Under the pieces are notes generated by a model. The model was not told the DNA's origin and did not search any database. It worked only from the letters and a program-made list of their open reading frames with translations. This document shows, piece by piece, positions 23,974 through 34,177 of a stretch of DNA of 64,000 nucleotides (position 1 is its first letter; each line of letters opens with the position of its first letter). The position numbers and the translations under genes were made by a program. The stretch lies in sequence record NC_031127.1, one strand, 5' to 3'.

Positions 23974-25126
23974 ATCCTCCATGGCCCGTGCCATTGAGAA
24001 GATTTACAACGTCCCACCGAAACCACTGGATGTGAAGCGCATTTTAGCGTTGAGTGATTTGCACCTGTTGCATAAGCGGGTGCCGACATGGCACTTGGTT
24101 AACGTGACCAAAACACTCATCCTGAAAGCCGGAAATACCCTCGATGCCATTTATATAGCAGGCGACCTCTTTGAGGATTCGCGACAACTTCGTCAGACCG
24201 ACTCCCAAGAAGCAATGGGTTTCCTGTCGTGGTTGTTACAACATTGTAAAGCGAACGATATCGCCTTGCGTGTTGTCGAGGGTACACCATCACACGACCA
24301 TGGCCAATCCAAGGTCATCGTGGAACTGAACGAAGCCATTGGCGCAGATGCGCTGTATTTAGATGGCATCGGCATCTTCTACGACCCGGCGATTCAAGCC
24401 ACAGTGGGTTGGGTGCAAGACGAGTACAAAGACCGTATTGCGGCGAACACCGAAGCTGAGATGGCGGAACTGATGGCAACGCGTGGACTGGAGAAGGTTG
24501 ATTTCTTCTTCATGCACGGGTGCTTTACGTTCCAGCTGCCGGTGGAATCTCCCCGTTCGTTCAATGAAAGTTTTTGGATTCCACGAACGCGTCTCGGTAT
24601 TTATATCGGACACGACCATCGTGAGAAGTTCTTCGACCTGATACGCGTTACGGGAAGCGTTGATAGGTTGTCACAAGGTGAGGAAGAAGACAAAGGGATG
24701 ACCCTTATCGATTTCACACCGACCTTAGCAAGGAACTATTTCCTTGTGAACACGGAAGCCTGTCCACAGCGCTCTGTGGCAGCAAGCTTAGACCATGAGG
24801 CGCAGTACGCCAAATGTCTGGCTGCGTTGGAGTATATCGATACCCACGTCTCATCGGCAATCGGCCGGTTTAAAGTGGAATACTATCGAGACTCTCCTAT
24901 CGAGGAGCACATCAACCGCTGGAAGCGTGAGTACCCATTCCACATCGAGGGAGTGCGTATTAACACCGACGAGGAAGAGAAGGCACTCGAAGCTGTGTTC
25001 TCCACAGAAACAGTTGCGGATGAACGCATCGGCCCCGATAATGTTGAGGCCGTGATGTTGAACGGACTCGAAGGTCAGCAATATGACCTAGAGGTTGTAT
25101 CCGACGTCATTAGGAGCATTGCATGA
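23957..25126 (+). CDS. SbcD/Mre11-like metallophosphoesterase nuclease
   Basis: SDLH, AGDLFE, GTPSHD, FMHG and IGHDH motifs; exact start uncertain (23945/23957/23981). Confidence 0.87.
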   Translation: MVKTSKSSMARAIEKIYNVPPKPLDVKRILALSDLHLLHKRVPTWHLVNVTKTLILKAGNTLDAIYIAGDLFEDSRQLRQTDSQEAMGFLSWLLQHCKANDIALRVVEGTPSHDHGQSKVIVELNEAIGADALYLDGIGIFYDPAIQATVGWVQDEYKDRIAANTEAEMAELMATRGLEKVDFFFMHGCFTFQLPVESPRSFNESFWIPRTRLGIYIGHDHREKFFDLIRVTGSVDRLSQGEEEDKGMTLIDFTPTLARNYFLVNTEACPQRSVAASLDHEAQYAKCLAALEYIDTHVSSAIGRFKVEYYRDSPIEEHINRWKREYPFHIEGVRINTDEEEKALEAVFSTETVADERIGPDNVEAVMLNGLEGQQYDLEVVSDVIRSIA

Positions 25127-25968
25127 GAACCCCAATAAGCGTTGATCGTGTATTTGGGAACTATCAGATGTCAATCGCCACTTCACTGGCGATGGAAGGT
25201 TTACTCCATACGGGCGAATATGCCGACTGGAAAGGCAAGCTGCCCATCCATGAGTATCAGGAAATTTATCTGAATCTCCGTACGTTGTTCCGTAATGCAT
25301 TTTACGCATTCGAAGATAATCGTGAAAGATTAACTGCTGAAGTTTTAAGAACTTGTGTCGAAGAAGATATAGAACAATTCACTGCCACCGCTGCGGCGGT
25401 GGCCCCCACGGTGGTATGTGTCCCTTATATCTGTCTGTACAAATCGGCCAATAAGCAGTTCCCTCTCGCGAAGTTCCGTAATGCGTTAGGTGGCGACGAA
25501 ACAATGACCCCGAATCAGGCGTTCTTCAATTCCGTTGAGCAGGATTTGTATCACATGCTCACGAACGAAGAGACGGGGATGGAAAACCTTCTGGCGTTTG
25601 ATGTGTTTCCAAAGAACAACAAAGACACCCTGTTGTTAACGCACTATCCGGCCGATCTTATCCACAAAGAGCGGTTCCCGAAACTGGGCCTGCTTGAATC
25701 CCACAGCGGGAAGGTAAAGAAACAACTGGAGTGGTACACGAAGATGTACAACAAGCCGAAGCAGATACCGTTTAACAAAGCGTTTCTGACTCTGTTTGGT
25801 GACCAGTACATGTTCGCGCCACAAGACAGAAAGATTCGTAACGTGTTACTGAAAACGGCTGAGAAATACAACTGGGATCAGACCACGTCGATGGACCGTA
25901 TTTACAACTGCCTGAAGTTGGTCAACGAACCGCACGTTATTGATTACCTGCGCAAATTGAGCCACTAA
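25123..25968 (+). CDS. conserved jumbo-phage protein (phiKZ gp66 position)
   Basis: 281 aa, AGGAG SD, ATGA coupling. Confidence 0.75.
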   Translation: MRTPISVDRVFGNYQMSIATSLAMEGLLHTGEYADWKGKLPIHEYQEIYLNLRTLFRNAFYAFEDNRERLTAEVLRTCVEEDIEQFTATAAAVAPTVVCVPYICLYKSANKQFPLAKFRNALGGDETMTPNQAFFNSVEQDLYHMLTNEETGMENLLAFDVFPKNNKDTLLLTHYPADLIHKERFPKLGLLESHSGKVKKQLEWYTKMYNKPKQIPFNKAFLTLFGDQYMFAPQDRKIRNVLLKTAEKYNWDQTTSMDRIYNCLKLVNEPHVIDYLRKLSH

Positions 25969-26030
25969 CTTTTTACACCACTGGGGTATCCTTTGAGGAT
26001 ACCCAAACATTTTAATTGAAGGACGCCAAC

Positions 26031-26693
26031 ATGGCCATGATCAACAAAGAACTCTTTAACGACAAATGGTGCTACCCGCAGACCGAGCCTGATAATCAGG
26101 GCAACACACGTAAGCTGGGTATCGAGCCGAACTTCTTTAAAGACTCGCCCGATTGCGAAGGTCTGAAGTTCAGCTACTCGTTCGGTAAAGGCGAAGGCGT
26201 TTATTACAACCTCGGCCCGACCATGTGTCAGGTGCTGGTTGATGCTCTGCAAGACATGCTGAAGAAGTCTGAAAAAGACGTTCTCAGTCTGCCATTCTCC
26301 GGCGGTAATAAAGGTACCATTACACTGTCTGTCGGCCGTGGCGATGACCTGATCCCGTTCATGGCGATTGGTGGTGAAATCAATGGTCAGCGTCGCACGA
26401 AGAAGTTCTTCTTCACCACACCGAAAGGTTACGGTATTGTGCGCAACGGTACGCCGGTGTCTGATCTCGAAAATGCGGAACGCATGTGTCGCGCCTTTAT
26501 TGGTCGCTTCCATAAGTTCCAAGAGTGGCTGGATGATAGCTACAAGAAACGCGAATGGAATCAGAATGGCGGCGGTCGTCAGGGTAGTGGTGGTTACAAT
26601 CGTCAAGGCGGTGGTAACAACAACAACTATCAAGGTGGCGGCAACCAGCAGTCTGCTCCGGCAGCAACGGACAATTTTGACGACTACGTTTAA
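26031..26693 (+). CDS. chmC: ChmC-like nucleic-acid-binding protein with Gly/Asn/Gln-rich tail
   Basis: C-terminal NQNGGGRQGSGGYNRQGGGNNNNYQGGGNQQ; directly upstream of the sigma-like nvRNAP subunit; GAAGGA SD before ATG 26031. Confidence 0.65.
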   Translation: MAMINKELFNDKWCYPQTEPDNQGNTRKLGIEPNFFKDSPDCEGLKFSYSFGKGEGVYYNLGPTMCQVLVDALQDMLKKSEKDVLSLPFSGGNKGTITLSVGRGDDLIPFMAIGGEINGQRRTKKFFFTTPKGYGIVRNGTPVSDLENAERMCRAFIGRFHKFQEWLDDSYKKREWNQNGGGRQGSGGYNRQGGGNNNNYQGGGNQQSAPAATDNFDDYV

Positions 26694-26812
26694 CTAAAAT
26701 AATGCCCACGGGACAACCCGTGGGCTTAGGATGATTATGTGCTCCGGTTGCATTCGATTCCTTTTTAGATAGATTTTATCGTCGTGCTAATAACAATCGG
26801 GGTTTCGCGATA

Positions 26813-28438
26813 ATGAAAATTGTAAAGAACAAAGAGATTATTACTATCAGCCACAATGGGGAGGAAGTACGGTTTGACCAGATTCCAACCCAGCGTAAAC
26901 GGCAGGGTCCCGAGCCGCGTGATAGTAAGGGTGTCGTGTTAACAGCAGACCGTTTGCTGTTCAGTGAACTGAATCGTTATTGGGGTACGCTGACTGAGGC
27001 GGAACAAGACGAGTTGTTCGGGGCTTATACGTTGTTGTCGGAATTAGCAGTAGAAGGCGATGAGGTTATAAGCGAACATGCACCGAAGGTCATGGAAATC
27101 ATCGCGAAACACCACAAAGCCGAACGTTTCAGAGAGCTGTATCCGCTGAAGAACGTGTTCATTCCGCAGAAGCTGCATGCGTCGATTGCAGACATGTCAC
27201 CGAACTACACGGAGTCCATGACGTACTTTGTCCCGGACTATTATCATCTGATGATTTTGACGTTGTTAATCAAACCGTTTATTCCGGTGTTTGCGGTGCT
27301 TGGGGCATACGTGGCAGGTAAAGGTATCTCGCAGGAAGCTAAGCGTAAGGTTGTGTACAAAATCAACCTCGCGTTCGACCTGCTGTCCGATACAGAAATC
27401 CGCCAGTCCGAAGCTGTTCAGAAGCTGGAGTTGTTCTTACCGAGTCTGGTAGAGAAGTTCCAGAAAGAGATGAGTAACCGTGGCTCAGGTACCAGCCTGT
27501 CAATCCTGTCATCCGTTATGGGGTACGGGTCTGACATGATGGATGAATACCTGTTGTCGTTGACGATTGTTCGTCTACTGGCGCTGCGTCCGTGCTATTG
27601 CGATTTCCCAGACGGGTCACTGGAAGACAGTTCTATCGTCTCCAGCATCTATTTCGGTATTCGCACCGAAGTGGAATCCGGCTTTGCAAACCGCATCGCA
27701 GGTCAGCAGGTTATCTTGAAACAACATCCGACTGCCGTGGTGTTTAATGGGGAAAAGGGGAAGGTCAGTGCCATCGACTTAGTACAAGGTCGTAGCCCTG
27801 CACCAATAAAGGAATATGTGCGTCCAGGCATGACGTTTAAGGATTACCGCCGTTTCATCAAAACGACCGGTTATGATATTGCGCCTGCCAACGCGAAGTG
27901 TCTGATTGATTCGCAAATCGTCAATCACACGGGGCCGACGTACGAACTGCATGAGTGGCTTACCGCCGCGGCTCTGCATCGCTTTACTGACCATCGGTCA
28001 TTCAAAGATATTGATCCAGACAAGTTCCCGTATGGGGTTGGTCTTGCTCAGGCCATTTACCTGTACTACGGAATGCCGCAGTTAGCACAACTGCTCAGCT
28101 GTGAAATGTTGCCGGGGAATATCAGTGGTTATCCGATCGAGCCGATCGATAGCGAACTGAAAATATCTACAGATAGATATTATCCTCAGGCATACCGTTC
28201 ACCCCGTAACGAATCACAGGAGAGTATCGTTCGCACATCGTTAGAGTTGTTGGTGCGTAATCACCTGAACCCGTATCACTTCCATCTCAAAGCGTCTCCA
28301 GAAGCCGCAGAGCTGTTGAAGTGTGAACCGGATATTCCGAACTATCGACCATACGGTCGTATCCTCACGCAGTTAACTGAGTTCCTCGCGATTCAAGCTC
28401 GCCAGAAAGTCAGTGAAGTAAAATGGTTTAATTCATAA
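26813..28438 (+). CDS. non-virion RNAP specificity (sigma-like) subunit (phiKZ gp68-like)
   Basis: 541 aa; size and synteny (between ChmC- and PicA-like genes); no diagnostic motif verified. Confidence 0.62.
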   Translation: MKIVKNKEIITISHNGEEVRFDQIPTQRKRQGPEPRDSKGVVLTADRLLFSELNRYWGTLTEAEQDELFGAYTLLSELAVEGDEVISEHAPKVMEIIAKHHKAERFRELYPLKNVFIPQKLHASIADMSPNYTESMTYFVPDYYHLMILTLLIKPFIPVFAVLGAYVAGKGISQEAKRKVVYKINLAFDLLSDTEIRQSEAVQKLELFLPSLVEKFQKEMSNRGSGTSLSILSSVMGYGSDMMDEYLLSLTIVRLLALRPCYCDFPDGSLEDSSIVSSIYFGIRTEVESGFANRIAGQQVILKQHPTAVVFNGEKGKVSAIDLVQGRSPAPIKEYVRPGMTFKDYRRFIKTTGYDIAPANAKCLIDSQIVNHTGPTYELHEWLTAAALHRFTDHRSFKDIDPDKFPYGVGLAQAIYLYYGMPQLAQLLSCEMLPGNISGYPIEPIDSELKISTDRYYPQAYRSPRNESQESIVRTSLELLVRNHLNPYHFHLKASPEAAELLKCEPDIPNYRPYGRILTQLTEFLAIQARQKVSEVKWFNS

Positions 28439-28449
28439 GGAGAATCAAG

Positions 28450-30147
28450 ATGTTATTACGCGACTTACAGTTATTCCCAGTACGTGAAATCCCACAGCAG
28501 TACCGTCGTCGTATCGCGTTCAACGCCACGACCGGTGCATTAGGCGAGTTGTCTGAAATCATCGAAGAAAATGGCCAATCTGCTTCGGGTACGCAAGCGT
28601 ACCAAGATTCACTCAGTAACATCGTGGGCTTTGATGGTACACCGGACGGTTTCGAACGTCCGTTGGTCAACATCTCCGGCGATGACAAAAAGATTCAACC
28701 TTTCCAGTACGAAAGCCGCGATACTGGTCTGTATAACTTCGTGGCCGTATTGGTGGCAAACCCGATTAACGACACCCGATCTCAGGAGCTGCGTTATATC
28801 GTAACCGGTTATACCTCACAGGCGGAGCAAAGCCTGTTTGGTAATCTGCCGAACGACATGGTGTTGTACATCAACGAAATCTACGGGATGCAAACGGTCT
28901 ATGACCGTACGCCTCTGGGTGAGCGGGTTATCAACCCGAACGGCTTTAAGATGGTGGATAACCTTGTCCTCTCGCGTGCTCTGGCAACGCAGGGTTATCA
29001 TGAATCCAGCATCAACGCCATCACCATCAGCAAAACCGCTGACATGATTAAGAAGATGAACCTCAACCCGGATGAGAAGTTCATGCCGAACGAGGATGAG
29101 ATTTATGCGCCAACTGCCACAGCAGCACCATCGCTGTTGGCAGGCCAACTTAGCCAACCTGAGAACTTCGTGACCGCTATCTCGAACTCTTATCTCCGCA
29201 CTATGGGGATGGACAACGAGTTAACGCAAGTCGAAAGTTTCTTCGAAGGCACCGGCGGTAGTAATGTTGAGAGTGATCTCAACTCACTGGGTGTGGTGCG
29301 TAACTTCTCGAACTACGACCTGATTAAAGCGTTCCGTCAGGCACTGACCAACTCATTGGGCAGCTCAGCTGACGCGTACAACGTGGCATCACGGGCGCAG
29401 TTCCGTCTGGGTGATCTCAAAGCCGCCGTGGCTAACCCAGAAGAAATCGATCGGCAGATTGTGGCATCGCTTGATCTCGCCCGCAAGCTCGGCCTGGGTG
29501 AAATCGAACAGACTGACCAGTGGATTGGCCATAACGGTTATTCCACCATGGGCTCTCTGGTGTCGTACGAACTGGCCATGCAGCTAGGCGCGATTCTGTC
29601 GCGTAACCTTGTGAGCCGTGTGAGCTTTGACTTCGATAACCGTCACAGCGATTTCTTGACCCCGGCGCAGTTGACCGTTCACAGTGATTCTATTTACTCA
29701 CTGAGCGACCGCCAGTTACCGCGCATTCTGGCAGAACGCTTCGAACGTGATATTCATGCGATGTTTGTGAAGGTGACTAAGCACAACCATATCCGTTGTG
29801 CAGTCAGGGTACATGCTCTGCTGGGTACCGTAACGCGTGTGGAAGTGCTCATGGATGGTGAGACGTCCAAAGAGTTCTTCACTTACGCATCGTTCATGTC
29901 TTCTCGTCTGCATAACGGTAACACCACCAGTCTCGCCTATACGGGTCGTCTGGCGAATGATACTTCGAAGCTGATGAAAGCCATCGAGACGGGTTTTCAC
30001 GGTCACACCACCGCCAGCAATCGTAGCAACATCATCACCTCCGCACCGTCATCACCAAATGCGTTCCGCACGGGGAACTCATTGTTAGATGATGATACCC
30101 CGGCAGCAGGCATTCGCCTTGGTACCGGCAACAGCCTGTTAGATTAA
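28450..30147 (+). CDS. picA: PicA/Imp1-like nuclear import factor (phiKZ gp69-like)
   Basis: 565 aa, AAGGAG SD; assigned by synteny only. Confidence 0.58.
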   Translation: MLLRDLQLFPVREIPQQYRRRIAFNATTGALGELSEIIEENGQSASGTQAYQDSLSNIVGFDGTPDGFERPLVNISGDDKKIQPFQYESRDTGLYNFVAVLVANPINDTRSQELRYIVTGYTSQAEQSLFGNLPNDMVLYINEIYGMQTVYDRTPLGERVINPNGFKMVDNLVLSRALATQGYHESSINAITISKTADMIKKMNLNPDEKFMPNEDEIYAPTATAAPSLLAGQLSQPENFVTAISNSYLRTMGMDNELTQVESFFEGTGGSNVESDLNSLGVVRNFSNYDLIKAFRQALTNSLGSSADAYNVASRAQFRLGDLKAAVANPEEIDRQIVASLDLARKLGLGEIEQTDQWIGHNGYSTMGSLVSYELAMQLGAILSRNLVSRVSFDFDNRHSDFLTPAQLTVHSDSIYSLSDRQLPRILAERFERDIHAMFVKVTKHNHIRCAVRVHALLGTVTRVEVLMDGETSKEFFTYASFMSSRLHNGNTTSLAYTGRLANDTSKLMKAIETGFHGHTTASNRSNIITSAPSSPNAFRTGNSLLDDDTPAAGIRLGTGNSLLD

Positions 30148-30156
30148 GGATAAACA

Positions 30157-31527
30157 ATGCACATCATTAAGTTTTATCAATCCATGTTGGAATCGCTTGG
30201 GTTCAATCGTGACGGTGACCTGATGGTCTATGCGGACGATGGCACTCCGGCGTATTTCACGTACAACAAAGAGAAGCGCCGTCTGGTGCTTCCTACCAAT
30301 GCCATGATTAAAGCGGGCATGGAAGATGCGAACGGCAAAGAATGCCACGCCTTCCATCCGCTGTGTGAATCCGTACTGACCGGGGAATCGGGCACCATCC
30401 GTTTCCTCAAACGTGCGATTCGCATGCGTCTGTGGATGAACAGCTTCGATCTCATCGATGCGATTCTTGACACGGCAGCAGAAGGCAAAACCATCAAGCA
30501 GGCGTCTTACAAGAAGTTCATGACGGATGTTATCTGTCAGGGCATCAAAGATCCGAAGCTCGATGATAAGCTGCGTGCGGCGTGGGTTACTCTGCGTAAC
30601 CACATGATGGAAGTGGAGAACAAGAAGCAAACCAACTTGTTCATTGCCTCCGACATGTCCATCGAAGGTGTGAAGTATGTCCGTGTGGCAAACTTCAAAC
30701 ACATCTTTGAAGAAGAGTCGTACGACGACACCGCAACCTACTTCGGGGTGAAGTTACCGCGTAAGCAGGATAAGGTGATTCTGCATCGCCTGCTGATGAC
30801 CGTGTTCGGTTGGTATCCGAGTATGTGTGGTTCCAATGACAACCGTCCGTACTTCGGCTGTCTGGCACGCGGTTGGGCACAATGGGTCATGAACTACAAC
30901 AACGTAGTGAAAGCCTTACGTGAACACTGCGCGCTGAAACCACTGAGCGATGAATGGATTGGTCAGCTGGATGAACTCCAGCAATACGACAACGTGATTC
31001 AAACGCTGCCGTATAACACCGGTTCATCATCCAAAGACCCGGAACGTGATACCACCGCGCGTGAGTATAGCGTAACGCCAACCACCACGAGTCGTTCAGT
31101 TGATCTGTTAGCCTCCGAGCAGAACAAGCCTGAGCAAGGTAGTCTGGAAGCGTTCTTCGACAAAGCACTGCCGAAGACAGTTACCTCTACCGGACTGGAC
31201 ATCAGCAAGCTGACCCCTGCCCAGCAGAAGTCGCTGCGCGAGAACGGACACCTTAACGGTACGTCTGACCAGTCCATCGTGGGCAAATCTCTGTCTGAAG
31301 CCATGGGCCAAACACCACGTAACCCGTTGGGTCTGACGTCTGAGATTGATCGCCGTAGTCTGCTGTCGACCAGCACTGCGAGTGGATTGTCCAGTAGCGG
31401 TAACTCGTTGCTGAATGATGCCCCGCCGCGTCTGGGTGGACTGGCAGGTCTGGGTGGCGAGACGTCAAGTGGCCCACGTCTGGGTGGTATCGATCCAACG
31501 AAACCGAAAGACGGGTTCCACTGGTAA
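30157..31527 (+). CDS. conserved nucleus-associated block protein (phiKZ gp70-like)
   Basis: 456 aa with a Ser/Thr/Gly-rich low-complexity C-terminus; synteny. Confidence 0.6.
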   Translation: MHIIKFYQSMLESLGFNRDGDLMVYADDGTPAYFTYNKEKRRLVLPTNAMIKAGMEDANGKECHAFHPLCESVLTGESGTIRFLKRAIRMRLWMNSFDLIDAILDTAAEGKTIKQASYKKFMTDVICQGIKDPKLDDKLRAAWVTLRNHMMEVENKKQTNLFIASDMSIEGVKYVRVANFKHIFEEESYDDTATYFGVKLPRKQDKVILHRLLMTVFGWYPSMCGSNDNRPYFGCLARGWAQWVMNYNNVVKALREHCALKPLSDEWIGQLDELQQYDNVIQTLPYNTGSSSKDPERDTTAREYSVTPTTTSRSVDLLASEQNKPEQGSLEAFFDKALPKTVTSTGLDISKLTPAQQKSLRENGHLNGTSDQSIVGKSLSEAMGQTPRNPLGLTSEIDRRSLLSTSTASGLSSSGNSLLNDAPPRLGGLAGLGGETSSGPRLGGIDPTKPKDGFHW

Positions 31528-31568
31528 AAAAATAAAAGAAGGAAGGGACCGAAGTCCCTTCTTTTTTT
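31528..31568. terminator. bidirectional terminator
   Basis: A tract, GAAGGGAC/GTCCCTTC stem, T tract. Confidence 0.75.
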
Positions 31569-31569
31569 G

Positions 31570-31893
31570 TCAGGTGGTAATGGTGTTCAAAACGTTCTCC
31601 ACAACCACCGGCGATGGAATACGTAGCACCGGATATTTCTCCGGCGTGAAATCCATCGGGTTCGATATCCCATTAATGAGCATAATGGGGTAAACTTGAT
31701 TATCCTGAATCTCGGCAAGTTTGCAGTATGCATAGAAGCTATGTATTTCTGGCCAAGCAAACTCCGCCTTTGTCGGGACATCCACAGTCTCTGGATGATT
31801 CCTAAAGTATTCAGTGTAGTCTTGCATTAGTTTGCGACGTTGACTATCGAGCGAAGGTACAACTTCACCGAGAGTGATCGAGCTGATAAGCAT
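31570..31893 (-). CDS. small virion-like protein, T4 gp53/LysM-like
   Basis: MLISSIT... 107 aa; YPIMLINGISNPMDF resembles the W.ILL.N.I.NP pattern of gp53/LysM-type baseplate proteins. Confidence 0.5.
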   Translation of the reverse strand: MLISSITLGEVVPSLDSQRRKLMQDYTEYFRNHPETVDVPTKAEFAWPEIHSFYAYCKLAEIQDNQVYPIMLINGISNPMDFTPEKYPVLRIPSPVVVENVLNTITT

Positions 31894-31921
31894 GAGGTCT
31901 CCTTGAAAAGATCTACGAATA

Positions 31922-31937
31922 TATATTATCTCGGTGA
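31922..31937 (+). promoter_or_regulatory. early-type phage promoter
   Basis: TATATTATCTCGGTGA upstream of nvRNAP beta-C. Confidence 0.65.
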
Positions 31938-31963
31938 AGTAACCAAGAAGGAGTATTAAAGTA

Positions 31964-34177
31964 ATGAGCATGCCCGTACAATTAGTCGGCACCCACGCCG
32001 ACCGTGAGTATTTGATTCGTAACCAATCGGGTGCGCGTGCATCGATGGTAGGTGGCCATATGAAATCGGCTGCACCCATTGACCACCCAACCCCGATGTT
32101 CCATTTCACAGGTGCGGATTCAAACTACCACGACGTCCTCTTCAACGACATCGTTGAGGATTCAGGTAGCGTTTGTATCTATAACGATAATGGCACACAC
32201 AAAAGAGCGGTGTTCACACGCCATGCCCAAATCGGCAGTGGCTCTCCGCTAGAGCATGCAATCTTCTTTCGTCGTAGTGAAACCAGTCCCGGCATGCTGA
32301 ACAAGCCTGTCATGGATGTTATTGAAATAAACCACTATACTTCGCACGATAACGTCTTCACATCTGAGAAGCGTATCACCGATAAACTTCGGGCGATCTT
32401 ACGTGGTGAAACCACCGTGTTGGAAAAGGATGAAATCCTGACCGAAATGAACTCCATGATGAACGGGGAATTTGTTGACGGTGTTGCACTGCCAACAGTG
32501 ACCATGTCGCATCCGGATATCATTGAGGATTCCTACACGATCTCAAAAACCGCCGCCGCGTTAATGCATGCCTATGGTTTCAAAGAAATCTGGATATCGT
32601 TACGCGAAGACGAGTTCTTGCTGGATACTTACGGTTACGACACACCCAACGGTCGTGTGCCGCAGTATTTCCCGAACGTGGGACAAGCAATCCGTGATGA
32701 TGGTTTGGTAATCGCCACGCGTCAATTCGACCCGTTGTACGCGGCTATCAATGCTTCTATCGGTGAGCTACAGCATGTCTCGCCACACTTTGACCACTGT
32801 GAATACGTTGACGCTGATCCGAAGCACTATGAAAACCCAACGGATGAAAACGGTTCACGGGTGATTGACATTCAGGTGTGGCGTGATGATGTTAGCTTTA
32901 GCAATGGTAACAACAACATCAAAGCCACCGAAGAGAACAAACGCGTTCTTGACTCGTATGCTGTGGCGTTGAAAGACTACTACCGCGAAATCGTTCGCTT
33001 CTACTTCCTCGTGAAAGATGATGTGGTGTGGTCACCGAAAGCCTGTGAGTTCTTAGAGAAAGCGTTCGCCTCTGAAACTCATGAAGTGTATCAGGAATTC
33101 CGCGAAGAGATTCGTGGTGTGGTTGAAGCAGCGGTACGCCGTGGTGAGTATAAGAAAGACACCATGGAAACCAAAATCATCAACCGTATCAACCGTCCAG
33201 TGGAACGTTCCCTGCGCGACCCTATCAACACGTACACCATTAAGCTTGTGGTGCGCTATCCGATCCCGGTCACTGTCTCGTCCAAGATTACGGACTTGTC
33301 AGGTACGAAAGGTATCGTTGGCGAAGTGAAAGAAGACGAAGACATGCCACTGAACGAATTCGGACAACGCGTCCATTCAATTCGTTCGATGAATGCTGTG
33401 GTTCGTCGCTCAACGTACTCTGCTCTGTTCCACATGTACTGGTCAGCTGCATCTGAACAACTCAAGATGCGCTTAAAGCCAATGTTGGATGCAGGCAAGG
33501 TGAATGAATCGTGGAATGTCCTGATGGATTATCTCGCACGGTACAATCCCGATTGGGCAAACTGTCTGAACGTGACGCACGATACGCATCAGAAGCGACT
33601 GGAACTCTTCAAAGAGATCTACGACTTCACGATTCGTATCTGGCTACCGCATGAACTAGACAATACGCCGATTGGTATCACCAAAGCGTTGGGTGAATTT
33701 GCACCGAAGAAGTCCCGTCTCCAGATCACCAACTACCAAGGTGAGAAGGAGTGGACGAAGAATGAATTCTACGTGGGTAATGTCATGACCTTGCGTCTTG
33801 ACAAAACCGGCCGTGAGTTCTCGTCTATCTCTTCGATGCACACGAACTATCTGGGCTGTATTGATGCATCAGGACAAGGGCGTGGGTCATATCCCATTAA
33901 CTACAGTCCGAAGAAGTGGGGTGGTGAAGCAGAGCACCGACTGACGGATGGCTACGGTCAAGGTCTGTTCGATGAAGCGCATAACCGTTCCAACTGTCCA
34001 GATGTCCATCGTCAGATTGTTGAAGGGAAGTATGCTTCCGATACCCCAAGTAATCCGGGTGTGTTGGTTGACCGTGAACGTTACCCGCTGGGTGAATCGC
34101 AAGTGGATAAGATGATTGACAACATACACCGCTGTGAAGGGTTTGTGTTAGTGCGCCCCACTCGGGAGGATAATTGA
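31964..34177 (+). CDS. non-virion RNA polymerase beta C-terminal subunit (phiKZ gp71-73-like)
   Basis: SSKITDLSGTKG (GDK..RHG.KG equivalent), LRLDK, KKWGGEAEHR (G.R.GEME equivalent). Confidence 0.88.
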   Translation: MSMPVQLVGTHADREYLIRNQSGARASMVGGHMKSAAPIDHPTPMFHFTGADSNYHDVLFNDIVEDSGSVCIYNDNGTHKRAVFTRHAQIGSGSPLEHAIFFRRSETSPGMLNKPVMDVIEINHYTSHDNVFTSEKRITDKLRAILRGETTVLEKDEILTEMNSMMNGEFVDGVALPTVTMSHPDIIEDSYTISKTAAALMHAYGFKEIWISLREDEFLLDTYGYDTPNGRVPQYFPNVGQAIRDDGLVIATRQFDPLYAAINASIGELQHVSPHFDHCEYVDADPKHYENPTDENGSRVIDIQVWRDDVSFSNGNNNIKATEENKRVLDSYAVALKDYYREIVRFYFLVKDDVVWSPKACEFLEKAFASETHEVYQEFREEIRGVVEAAVRRGEYKKDTMETKIINRINRPVERSLRDPINTYTIKLVVRYPIPVTVSSKITDLSGTKGIVGEVKEDEDMPLNEFGQRVHSIRSMNAVVRRSTYSALFHMYWSAASEQLKMRLKPMLDAGKVNESWNVLMDYLARYNPDWANCLNVTHDTHQKRLELFKEIYDFTIRIWLPHELDNTPIGITKALGEFAPKKSRLQITNYQGEKEWTKNEFYVGNVMTLRLDKTGREFSSISSMHTNYLGCIDASGQGRGSYPINYSPKKWGGEAEHRLTDGYGQGLFDEAHNRSNCPDVHRQIVEGKYASDTPSNPGVLVDRERYPLGESQVDKMIDNIHRCEGFVLVRPTREDN

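Noticed and set aside
25965-26633. 222-aa minus-strand ORF over chmC
   Set aside because: Antisense shadow; its N-terminus mirrors the GGN/AAC repeats
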